Positions 10,328-19,500 of a stretch of DNA of 64,000 nt are shown one piece after another. Position numbers and translations under genes: made by a program. Under the pieces are notes generated by a model that did no database searches, was not told the DNA's origin, and was given only the letters and a program-made list of their open reading frames with translations. The first letter of the stretch is position 1, and every line of letters begins with the position of its first letter. The stretch is from an uncultured Gemmatimonadota bacterium (GTDB lineage Bacteria > JAAXHH01): positions 128,001 to 192,000 of the forward strand of contig OX638340.1 in NCBI GenBank assembly GCA_951812955.1, written 5' to 3'.

Positions 10328-10966
10328 ATGATTTTCGAACAGGTACTGAACGGGGGCGACCGGAACTTCGGTTACCTGGTGGCCGACGAAAAGACCCGGA
10401 AAGCGGCGGCGGTCGATCCATCCTACCGGCCCGAATACTACATGCAGCGAGCGGGCGAGCTGGGCGTGGAACTTGCCTGCATCATCTGCACGCATTCCCA
10501 CCACGACCACGTAAACGGCAATGATCATCTTATCGAGGAACTGGGCATCGACGTGGTGATGTATCGGGACGCGGAGTATTTCTACGATATCGAGGTGACG
10601 GACGGCGAGGTGTTCACACTGGGTGAACTCGAACTGGCTGTGATTCACACGCCCGGCCACTGCGAGGACGGCATGTGTCTTCTGGCGGAAGACAGGCTGA
10701 TTACCGGGGACACGCTTTTCGTGGGTAAAGTGGGCGGCACGGCCACCAAAGAAGAAGCGAGGAAGGAATATGACAGCCTGCGGCGCCTGATGGAACTGGA
10801 CGACGATATCGGCGTCTACCCCGGCCATGACTTCGGAGTAAAGCCCTCGTCGTCGATCGGCTACGAGAGAGAGAACAATCCCTTTATCATGCAGCCCACT
10901 TTCGAGGATTTCCTGCATCTCAAGGAAAACTGGCTCGCGTACAAAGCGGAGCACAACATCCCATAG
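10328..10966 (+). CDS. MBL-fold metallo-hydrolase
   Basis: THxHxDH metal-binding motif (CTHSHHDHVNG) plus downstream His and Asp ligands. Confidence 0.8.
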   Translation: MIFEQVLNGGDRNFGYLVADEKTRKAAAVDPSYRPEYYMQRAGELGVELACIICTHSHHDHVNGNDHLIEELGIDVVMYRDAEYFYDIEVTDGEVFTLGELELAVIHTPGHCEDGMCLLAEDRLITGDTLFVGKVGGTATKEEARKEYDSLRRLMELDDDIGVYPGHDFGVKPSSSIGYERENNPFIMQPTFEDFLHLKENWLAYKAEHNIP

Positions 10967-10982
10967 CCCGCCCCGGGATGCG

Positions 10983-11072
10983 CTTCACGAAATCCGGTCA
11001 AGTCTCTATTCGGTTCACGACGTCCGGTCCGGTTTTGGTGCGGCTCACGACGTCCTGTCCAGTCCCTCTGCA
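10983..11072. repeat. Three imperfect tandem copies of a ~30-bp unit; the copy nearest 11045 is the genuine 3' end (including the stop) of the minus-strand DegT gene
   Basis: The three copies are gcttcacgaaatccggtcaagtctct / ggttcacgacgtccggtccggttttg / ggctcacgacgtcctgtccagtccctctg. The last copy encodes …EGLDRTS* on the minus strand. Confidence 0.6.
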
Positions 11073-12277
11073 ACCTTTCGCACGGCGCCAACCACGTCGT
11101 CGATATCCCCTTCGGTGTAACGCTCGTTGAATGAAATCAGCACGAGTTGTCCGAGCAGTTCGCGGGTTCTGGGGCAGAGTTCGTCCACGCGCTCGAAGTT
11201 GCGGTCTGTATACGGGCTGTAAAAGGGGAAACGGGAGTTCCCGTAGGTCCTGTGCTCCGCGAGCGCCGCCGAACACTGGAATATCGGATCGCCGATATAG
11301 CCGGCGCGTGCGCCGATCCCTTCGGCATTCAGCGCCCGTGCGAAAGTTTCGTTCGAAAACCCGGTAACGCGCATGGGATACGTCCAGTAGCTGTGTCTTG
11401 CGCCGGGCGTGACCGGCGCCGGTACGATACCGCCGAGGTGCTTTATCCCCTCGGTTAACCGGCCGCCAAGTCTGTTTCGCGATTCGACGACCCCGCCGAC
11501 TTTCTCCAACTGGGCCAGCCCCACCGCGGAATGCAGTTCCGTTATGCGGCAGTTCATGCCAAGTGATCCGTACATGCGAGATCCCGCCCGGTCCCGGTCG
11601 TATTGCTTGTCCGCGAACATCCGCATGCAACGGCCCAGGGCGTCGTCCATCGTGATGGTCATGCCGCCGTCCCCGGTGGTCATGTGCTTCGACTGCTGGA
11701 AACTGAAGCATCCCATATCCCCGAAGGTCCCGAGCAACTGTCCCCGGTAACGCGTAAGGTGGGCCTGGCAGCAGTCCTCGATCAGCGTTATCCCCTTTCG
11801 CCGTGCAATCTCCGTCAAGGCCTCCATCCGGCAAGCATTGCCGAAGAGGTGTATGGCGATGATCGCCCGCGTCCTCGGCGTAATCAGTCTTTCGACGTCA
11901 TCCGGGTCCACAGTCAGGGTATCCTGATCCGTGTCCGCGAAGACGGGCACGGCGTTCTGGTACAGGATCGGGATGATCGTGCCCAGGTCGGTGATCGCAC
12001 TCGTAATGATCTCGTCGCCGGGTTCCGGGTTTACCGCGCCGACCGCGACATGGAGGGCCGCCGTTCCCGACGTGGAACCCGTAGCGTGCTTCGCGCCATA
12101 CGTCTCGGCAAACCTGGATTCGAACAGCGGGGTGAGTTCCCCGCCCCACCTGAAAAGATTCTGGGAACGCAGCGCTTTTGTTACGAGTCGGATTTCTTCT
12201 TCGTCGAAGGGGATTCTGGCGGGGAAAGGGCGGGATACCGCGTCCCGGTAGGGGGTCCCGCCGTGCAGGGCCAGCAT
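11045..12277 (-). CDS. DegT/DnrJ/EryC1/StrS-family PLP-dependent sugar aminotransferase
   Basis: Family-typical N-terminus and a PLP-binding region (…SFQQSKHMTTGDGG…). 410 aa. Confidence 0.85.
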   Translation of the reverse strand: MLALHGGTPYRDAVSRPFPARIPFDEEEIRLVTKALRSQNLFRWGGELTPLFESRFAETYGAKHATGSTSGTAALHVAVGAVNPEPGDEIITSAITDLGTIIPILYQNAVPVFADTDQDTLTVDPDDVERLITPRTRAIIAIHLFGNACRMEALTEIARRKGITLIEDCCQAHLTRYRGQLLGTFGDMGCFSFQQSKHMTTGDGGMTITMDDALGRCMRMFADKQYDRDRAGSRMYGSLGMNCRITELHSAVGLAQLEKVGGVVESRNRLGGRLTEGIKHLGGIVPAPVTPGARHSYWTYPMRVTGFSNETFARALNAEGIGARAGYIGDPIFQCSAALAEHRTYGNSRFPFYSPYTDRNFERVDELCPRTRELLGQLVLISFNERYTEGDIDDVVGAVRKVAEGLDRTS

Positions 12278-12317
12278 GAACGATCTCCGTGTCTTCCGCC
12301 TGACGCTCGAATCGATA

Positions 12318-12361
12318 TGGCGGCTTTACTCCGTCACCTGCGGCTTTACTCCGTCACCTGC
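12318..12361. repeat. Perfect 22-bp tandem duplication (GGCTTTACTCCGTCACCTGC ×2) in an intergenic region
   Basis: Read directly from the sequence. It lies between the GNAT gene 3' end and the DegT gene 5' end. Confidence 0.8.
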
Positions 12362-12389
12362 GGCTGTCACTACGTGCCGGCGTGAAGAC

Positions 12390-12905
12390 CTACAGATCCA
12401 CCCGGTAACGGCACTTCCATTTCGTGTCCCACGTGTACAGCGGATCGTCCGGGGGAATGGGGACGGTTTCGACCAGCGTTGAACCGATAATCTCGCAGGT
12501 TCTCCTGGAGGCGGCGTTATCGGGGTTGCAGGTGATCCACAGCGGGTTGATACCGTGCGCCCGGGCCAGGGGCAGGAGGAGCAGGCAACCGCGCGCGGCC
12601 AGGCGGCGGCCGCGGTAAGGCGGTTCCACGGAGTAGCCGATATGCCCCGCATACAATTCGATATGCTCCGTGTGGCCGATGCGCAGGGAGAGTCGTCCCA
12701 TCACGATGGACTGACGGTCCGTCTGCACCATGTCGAATATGTATTCGGGAACGACGCCCCTTCGTGCGTTGCCCTGCAGCGTCCTGCGGAGCAGCAACTG
12801 CAGATCGCCGTCCACGAGCACGCCCGGATCGCGAAATCGAAACGGGTCGTCCTCGACCTTGAATCGGTTTCTGAGGTCAGAAATCAACAGACTGATGTTT
12901 TTCAT
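12390..12905 (-). CDS. GNAT-family N-acetyltransferase (probable)
   Basis: Motif A-like R/Q-x-x-G-x-A (YRGRRLAARGC) followed by the …NPDNAASRRTCEIIG region. 171 aa. Confidence 0.55.
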   Translation of the reverse strand: MKNISLLISDLRNRFKVEDDPFRFRDPGVLVDGDLQLLLRRTLQGNARRGVVPEYIFDMVQTDRQSIVMGRLSLRIGHTEHIELYAGHIGYSVEPPYRGRRLAARGCLLLLPLARAHGINPLWITCNPDNAASRRTCEIIGSTLVETVPIPPDDPLYTWDTKWKCRYRVDL

Positions 12906-12973
12906 CGACTATGATGGACTTCCCACACCGGATCTCCGGGGCAGGAGTGAAGTCCACGTCTTTGGCGTACCCG

Positions 12974-14416
12974 TCAATACCGGTAGTGATCGGGTTTGAA
13001 GGGACCTTCGATTGGAACGCCGATGTAGTCCGCCTGGTTCCGGGACAACCGGGTCAGCGTCACGCCCAGCTTGTGCAGGTGAAGCCTGGCCACTTCCTCG
13101 TCCAGGTGTTTGGGCAGGGTCGTGACTCCGGTCTCGCGGTCATGAAGCCGCAGGTCGATCTGCGCGATCACCTGGTTGGTGAAGGAACTGGACATGACAA
13201 ATGAAGGATGGCCCGTGGCGCATCCCAGGTTGACCAGTCTTCCCTCGGCAAGCAGGTAGATGACGTGGCCGTCGGGAAAGACGTACTTGTCCACCTGGGG
13301 CTTGATGTTCTGTTTCACGATACCGGGGTATTCGTTCAGCGCGTCCACCTGGATTTCGTTGTCGAAATGGCCGATGTTGCAAACTATGGCCTGGTCCTGC
13401 ATGTTCTCCATGTGTTCGATCCGGATGATGTCGCGGTTTCCGGTCGTCGTTACGAAGATCTGGCCCTGATCGAGCGCATCTTCGACTGTAGTCACTTCAT
13501 AGCCTTCCATGGCGGCCTGAAGCGCGCAGATTGGATCGATCTCCGTGATCAGGATGCGCGCGCCGAACCCCCGCATGGACTGAGCACAACCCTTGCCCAC
13601 GTCTCCATATCCGCAGACGACGACCGTTTTTCCGGCGACCATGACGTCCAGGGCGCGTTTCAGGCCGTCCGCTAGCGATTCGCGGCAGCCGTACAGGTTG
13701 TCGAACTTCGATTTGGTCACCGAATCGTTGACGTTGATGGCCGGAAACAGAAGCTTGCCGTCCTGCATCATCTGGTAGAGCCGGTGGACCCCGGTGGTCG
13801 TCTCTTCGGATACGCCGCGGATGTTGGCACTCATTTCGTGCCAGAACCGTGGGTTTCTATCCAGCTGCCGCCTGAGCACTTCGTTAATGATCTGCATCTC
13901 GCGGCTGTCGGCCGGTTCGTCCAGGATGGAGGGGTCATCTTCGGCTTCCACGCCCCGATGAATCAGCAGGGTGGCGTCGCCGCCGTCATCCACGATCTGC
14001 GTCGGGCCGGTCTCGCCTTCGAAGGTCAACGCCTGCAGCGTGCAGGCCCAGTATTCTTCCAGACTCTCCCCCTTCCACGCGTAGACGGGCAGGCCATCGT
14101 CCGCGATGGCCGCCGCCGCGTGGTCCTGGGTCGAGAAGACGTTGCAGGATGCCCACCGTACGTCCGCGCCCAGGGCCTTGAGCGTCTGGATGAGCACGGC
14201 GGTCTGAATCGTCATGTGGAGGGAACCCATGATACGCGTGTCTTTGAGGGGCTGTTCACGGGCGTGTTTCTCTCGAATGGCCATCAGTCCGGGCATTTCC
14301 TGTTCTGCGATGGCGATTTCGCGGTGACCCAATTCGGCCTCGGACAGGTCGGCTACTTTATAGGGAAGATCGGAATAGTCCGGCAATTCGATGGTGGTCG
14401 GCACTTCCTGCGCCAT
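12974..14416 (-). CDS. ahcY: Adenosylhomocysteinase (S-adenosyl-L-homocysteine hydrolase)
   Basis: Full-length match to the AhcY family, including the NAD-binding [10 protein letters not shown] motif. Start assigned to MAQEVP, whose ATG is preceded by AAGGAGAG. The ORF extends 34 codons further upstream. Confidence 0.93.
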   Translation of the reverse strand: MAQEVPTTIELPDYSDLPYKVADLSEAELGHREIAIAEQEMPGLMAIREKHAREQPLKDTRIMGSLHMTIQTAVLIQTLKALGADVRWASCNVFSTQDHAAAAIADDGLPVYAWKGESLEEYWACTLQALTFEGETGPTQIVDDGGDATLLIHRGVEAEDDPSILDEPADSREMQIINEVLRRQLDRNPRFWHEMSANIRGVSEETTTGVHRLYQMMQDGKLLFPAINVNDSVTKSKFDNLYGCRESLADGLKRALDVMVAGKTVVVCGYGDVGKGCAQSMRGFGARILITEIDPICALQAAMEGYEVTTVEDALDQGQIFVTTTGNRDIIRIEHMENMQDQAIVCNIGHFDNEIQVDALNEYPGIVKQNIKPQVDKYVFPDGHVIYLLAEGRLVNLGCATGHPSFVMSSSFTNQVIAQIDLRLHDRETGVTTLPKHLDEEVARLHLHKLGVTLTRLSRNQADYIGVPIEGPFKPDHYRY

Positions 14417-14691
14417 GTAAGCTCTCCTTGGTACTGTTTTGCGGACTGCAGGCTCGAGGTTTCGTTCAGATAATCGATCCCTATTATATGCGGTAGCCAC
14501 CTCGAATGCAACAACCACGTTGACTGTCTACCGTCCCGCCCGGATGATTCGCGGAACCGGCCGCAATGCTGGAACTCCGCCCGCGTAGTGCAGAAATCGC
14601 TTGTAAACCGGTATCCGGACTCTTATAGTCTTTCCCATCCACTGCCATGCAGCATTACTCCACTGGACGATCTCGCACGCGGGAGGGACTC

Positions 14692-14958
14692 ATGATCGAT
14701 CAGGCATTGCTGGACATACTGGCCTGCCCGGAAACCAAGGAGGAAGTCAATCTCGCGCCAGATCACGTCGTCGAAACCGTCAATGGCCGGATAAGTGCCG
14801 GTACGCTCGTCAACCGGGGCGGCGAGAAGGTGACGGAGCCCATCGAGGGTGGATTGGTACGGGCCGACGGAGCGTATCTGTATCCTATCAGGGAAGAGAT
14901 CCCGATCATGCTGATCGACGAAGCGATTCCCCTTTCCGGCGAGGTCAACGCGCCCTGA
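14692..14958 (+). CDS. Trm112-family protein
   Basis: LLDILACP motif and a short (~89 aa) size. RBS GGGAGGG lies upstream of the ATG at 14692. Confidence 0.65.
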   Translation: MIDQALLDILACPETKEEVNLAPDHVVETVNGRISAGTLVNRGGEKVTEPIEGGLVRADGAYLYPIREEIPIMLIDEAIPLSGEVNAP

Positions 14959-15027
14959 CCGGTTCGCAGCGGCAACGAACGGTCAGATTCCCTATCTTAC
15001 CCGTACCACTCGTACAAGCGAAACTGC

Positions 15028-16383
15028 ATGTCCCAGGCACCCGATCCCTACGCACAGCTTCCCGAACACGTTAAAGACCCGCCCAAGGACCGATGGTCTA
15101 CAATCCGTCAACTGGGACCGGGCCTGCTGCTGACCGGTTCAATCGTAGGTTCCGGCGAACTCATTGCCACCACGCGACTGGGTGCCGAGGTCGGTTTCGT
15201 CGTTCTCTGGCTCATACTCCTGAGCTGCGCGGTCAAGGTACCGGTGCAAAGCGAACTCGGCCGGCACGCCATCGCCACCGGCCAGACCACCTTCGTGGCC
15301 TTCAACAAGGTGCCCGGACCGCGATTCCGGGTAACCTGGCTCGTCTGGGGAAGCCTGCTCCTCCTGCTCTGGAGCACCATGCAGGTGGGCGGCATTTTTG
15401 GAACGATGAGCCTGTCGCTGGACCTGATCTTTCCATTCTTCGGAAACACGTCCTGGCTGATTATTCTCACCTTGGTCGGCATGGGGCTCGGTCTCGTGGG
15501 ACAGTACATGACGCTGGAACGGATTACCACCCTCCTGGTGGCCCTGTTCACCTTCACGACACTGGCCAGCGCGCTGCTCCTGTTCTGGACCCCCTATGCC
15601 GTTACACCGGCAGCGCTCCTGGACGGATTGCGGTTCGCCCTCCCGTCGGACGGCGCCGTGACAGCCTTTGCCGTCTTCGGCATCACCGGTGTAGGCGCTT
15701 CCGAACTGTTGCTTTACCCGTACTGGTGCGTGGAAAAGGGCTATGCCCGGGCGGCCGGACCCCGCGACGGCAGCGCGGCCTGGCGTGAACGCGCCATGGG
15801 ATGGATCAGTGTAATGAAGAAGGACGTATGGCTGTGCATGGTCATTTACACGGTGGCGACGCTGGCCTTCTTCTTCCTCGGCGCGGCTGTGCTCCACGCC
15901 CAGGGCCTTGTTCCGGAGGGGTTCGGTACCGTGCAGATCCTTTCCGGGATGTACACCGAAACGCTGGGAAACTGGGCGTTCTACCTGTTCGGCGTCGGCG
16001 CTTTCGTAGTCCTGTTTTCGACGTATTTCGTCACCATCGTAGGCCAGTCGCGCATGCTGGCAGACGCCCTTTCGGTACTCGGCTTCATAACCTACGCGCG
16101 GCCCGAGGACAGACGCCGCGTCGTGCAGGTGATCGGTGTCCTGCTGCCCCTGGTTTACCTCGTCCTCTTCGTCTTGTGGTCCGCGCCGGTCACGATGGTG
16201 ATCTTCGGTGGACTGATGCAGACAATCCTCTTGCCAGCCATTGGATGGGCGGCGCTCTACTTCAGCCGGACCACGGCGAAGGAAGCGGGCGTCCCGCCGT
16301 CCAGGACCTTGCTGGTCGCACTGACTGCCGCCACGATCATCATGGCCGTTTTTGCCGTGTACGCCGTCTGGGTTAGACTGTAG
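15028..16383 (+). CDS. Nramp-family divalent metal cation transporter
   Basis: N-terminal GPG..LTGSIVGSGEL Nramp signature. Roughly 11 predicted TM helices. 451 aa. Confidence 0.8.
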   Translation: MSQAPDPYAQLPEHVKDPPKDRWSTIRQLGPGLLLTGSIVGSGELIATTRLGAEVGFVVLWLILLSCAVKVPVQSELGRHAIATGQTTFVAFNKVPGPRFRVTWLVWGSLLLLLWSTMQVGGIFGTMSLSLDLIFPFFGNTSWLIILTLVGMGLGLVGQYMTLERITTLLVALFTFTTLASALLLFWTPYAVTPAALLDGLRFALPSDGAVTAFAVFGITGVGASELLLYPYWCVEKGYARAAGPRDGSAAWRERAMGWISVMKKDVWLCMVIYTVATLAFFFLGAAVLHAQGLVPEGFGTVQILSGMYTETLGNWAFYLFGVGAFVVLFSTYFVTIVGQSRMLADALSVLGFITYARPEDRRRVVQVIGVLLPLVYLVLFVLWSAPVTMVIFGGLMQTILLPAIGWAALYFSRTTAKEAGVPPSRTLLVALTAATIIMAVFAVYAVWVRL

Positions 16384-16439
16384 TCAGGGCCGGACAGGAA
16401 ATGGCCACGCTGGACCGGACCCGAGGCGGGATGCCTCCC

Positions 16440-16575
16440 GATCAGACCAGGCTGGATTGCTGGTCGCGGGCACGATGGGCTTCCCGATCAGACCAGGCTG
16501 GATTGCTGGTCGCGGGCACCATGGGCTTCCCGTTCAGACCAGGCTGGATTGCTGGTCGCGGGTACGATGGGATGA
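16440..16575. repeat. 46-bp unit repeated three times in tandem; the third copy contains the real stop and last codons of the minus-strand hydantoinase-fusion gene
   Basis: Copies 1 and 2 differ at one position. Copy 3 is diverged and encodes …RDQQSSLV*. An out-of-frame ORF (16442..16843) ends with the same peptide. Confidence 0.8.
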
Positions 16576-19500
16576 GGCCCTCGACCGAGGCGGTCCGTAA
16601 CCGCCACCACCGGCGGACAGGGCGACGATGTGGTCCCCCGGCAGAATCGGTACCTCGGTTTCCTTGGACTTCAACATTCTTTCCGTGCCGTTGGATACCA
16701 CCTTGTAGCGGTGCGGCAGGCCCGGCTCGCCTCCGAACAGTCCGAAGGGAGGATTGATCACGCCGTCTCCGGCCATATTCAGTTTCGCTGGTTCGTCCCC
16801 CTCGTAGACCATTTCGAAAACCGCGCCCAGACCGCCCCGCCACGTGCCGTCTCCTCCTGATCCCGGCCTCAGGTCGTTCCGGACGATCTTGAAGGGGAAG
16901 CGCTCCTCGGTGATCTCCACGCTGGGACTCCGGATCGCCCCGGCCACGTTGACCTCGCCCACGCAGGACCAGCCGTCGTACCCCCGGGAAGCGCCTCCTC
17001 CGCCCCGTCCGAAGAAGAAATGCCAGATGAAGCGTTGGCCCGTCCGCGGGTCGCGTCCGGTGATCGCGAAACGAAGCCGCCTGGAAAACCCCGCGTTCAC
17101 GGCATCAGGCGCCACGGGCGCCAGCGCCTTGAAGACGGCCTCCACGATCTCTTCCCCGCAGTGATTGGTGCTCATGCAGACCGGCGCGGGAGGATTCGGG
17201 TTCACGATCAGACCCTTCGGGGCGATCACCTTCACCGGCCGCATGGATCCCTCGTTTTTGGGCACGTCGGAGGGCGCCATGTACATGATGGCGACGTGAG
17301 CCAGCGAGCGTGTATTGGCATAGGCGCTGTTGATGAATCCGGTGACCTGGGGACTCGAATCGCCCAGGTCTATGGTCATGTTGTCGTCCTGGACGGTGAC
17401 CCGTGCGCGGATGGGGATCGACACGGCGTCGAACCCGTCGTCGTCCAGCAGCGTTTCCCCGTAGTACACGCCGTCCCTCCAGCCGGTAATCAGTTGCCGG
17501 ATCCGCCGTTCCGCGCTGTCCAGGATGGCCGCGACGGAGGTTGTCAGGCCTTCGGTGCCGTAATCGTCGAGGAGCGACTGCAGCCGGCGGGCGGCGATCT
17601 GTACCGAACCGATCTGGGCGTGCAGGTCGCCGGTGAAGTTCTCAGCGTGTCTCACGTTGACCGCCAGCATGCGCAGCAGGTCCTCCCTTGGCCGGCCCGC
17701 TTCGTACAGCCTTACGGGAGGTATGCGAAGGCCCTCGTGGTAAAGTTCGCTGGCCGAGGGATTGTATCCACCGTGGGTTCCTCCGCCGATGTCGCTGTGA
17801 TGGGCGCGGTTGACGGCGAAAAACAGCAGGTTTCCGTCGCGGAACACGGGATAGATCGCCGTGATGTCCGGCAGGTGGCTGCCGCCGAAATAAGGGTCGT
17901 TCAGGATGAACAGATCGCCTTCGACGATGCCATCGCCGAAGTACTCGCGCACCGCTTCGACGGCCGGAGGCAGGGCGCTGATATGCACGGGTATACCCTC
18001 GCCCTGCGCCACGAGTTGACCCTCCGCGTCCAGGATCGCGGTGGAGAAGTCCCTGCTGGAGTTCAGGATCTGCGACATGGAGGTGCGGATCATGACGTCG
18101 GCCATCTCTCGGGCGATCGATTCCAGGCGGTGGCCCACGACCGAATGGGTAACCGGATCCGAGGTGGCCGATGCAGGGTCCAATGTAGCCGATGTCTGGT
18201 CCGATGTAGCCGAGACCGGGTCGGGCGTGGTGTGCGAAACGGACAGCACCATGCCCCCGTAGGAGTCGATTTCGAGCCGGTCGCCTTCTTCCACGAGTAC
18301 GGTGGTGAAGTCGGACTCCACGATGGCCGGTCCTTCGATCCCGACTCCGGGCGCCAGGTCGTCGGCCGTGAAAACGGCGGCTTCGGTCCAGGCGCCGGTG
18401 TATATCCGCCGCGTGCCCTTGCGGGCAGCAGGGGTCGATGCGGCGTTCGCTTTCTCCGGCAGGATGATGGAGGGCAGTTTCCCGGTAATTGTGGCCCGCA
18501 GTGTGACCAGGCGGACTTCCTGGTCGAGTTGATGGTAGGAGTAGAGGACCCGGTATCTTTCGTGAAACAGTGCCGCCCAGGTACGCCGGATGGCGTCGTC
18601 GACCTGGTCCAGGTCCGGGATGCTCACGTTGACTTCATAGATCTGGTCCAGGTACCGCATGTCGGCGGTGAACAGGGTGGTGATGTCATCGCCTGCCAGT
18701 CCCTGTTTCCTAAGCTGTGCGGTGCCCTGTTCCGCCATGCGGTCCATCAGCCTTCTCACTTCGTCCAGGTCGACTACGTCCAGACTGGCCGTGAATGACT
18801 GCGCATAGTCGTACCTCAGGTCGGATGCGAGCATGCCGTATGCAGAAAGCACCGGTGCCGCCGAAGGGAGATGGACCGTGCTTATGCCGGTCTTGCGTGC
18901 CACCTTGCCCACGTGAAGTCCTGCCGCGCCGCCGAAGGCCAGCAGGGAGAAGTTCCGGGGATCCCCGCCGCGCCGCACGGTCAGCAGCCGGATGCCTTCG
19001 GCCATGGCCGTGGTTACGACGTCCAGCACGCCGTGTGCGGCTTCCTCAACGGTAAGCCCCAGGGGTTTCGCCACGTGTGCCTCCAGTGCCTCTTGAGACC
19101 GGTTCGGATGCAGCAGGGTCCGCCCGCCCAGGAAATTCCCCGGATCGAGGTACCCCAGGACCAGGTTTGCGTCGGTCACCGTGGGCCGGTCGCCTCCCTG
19201 CCCGTAACAGGCCGGCCCCGGATCGGCCCCGGCGCTCTGGGGCCCCACGTGCAGGGTGCCTCCATCATCCACCCGGGCGATGCTACCGCCACCCGCCCCC
19301 AGCGTATGGAGATCGATCATCGGCACGGCGATTTTCCATCCCCCTTCGTAGTGTTCCCCCGAAACCTGCGGATCGCCGCCTTCGATCACCGAAATGTCCG
19401 TGCTCGTCCCGCCCATATCGAATCCGATGAGATTGGCCTCGCCGATCAGCCGGCCGTAGGCCACAGCGCCGCTGACGCCGCCGGCGGGACCCGAGAGTAT

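Noticed and set aside
10998-11834. 278-aa minus-strand ORF overlapping DegT in another frame
   Set aside because: It is Arg-rich (RRGRR…), with no family similarity. The DegT frame explains the region.
16440-16575. CRISPR array (considered for this array and for the tandem repeats at 29102-29189 and 58265-58395)
   Set aside because: The repeat units abut directly with no unique spacers. The copies are derived from the adjacent gene's coding sequence. No cas genes are present.
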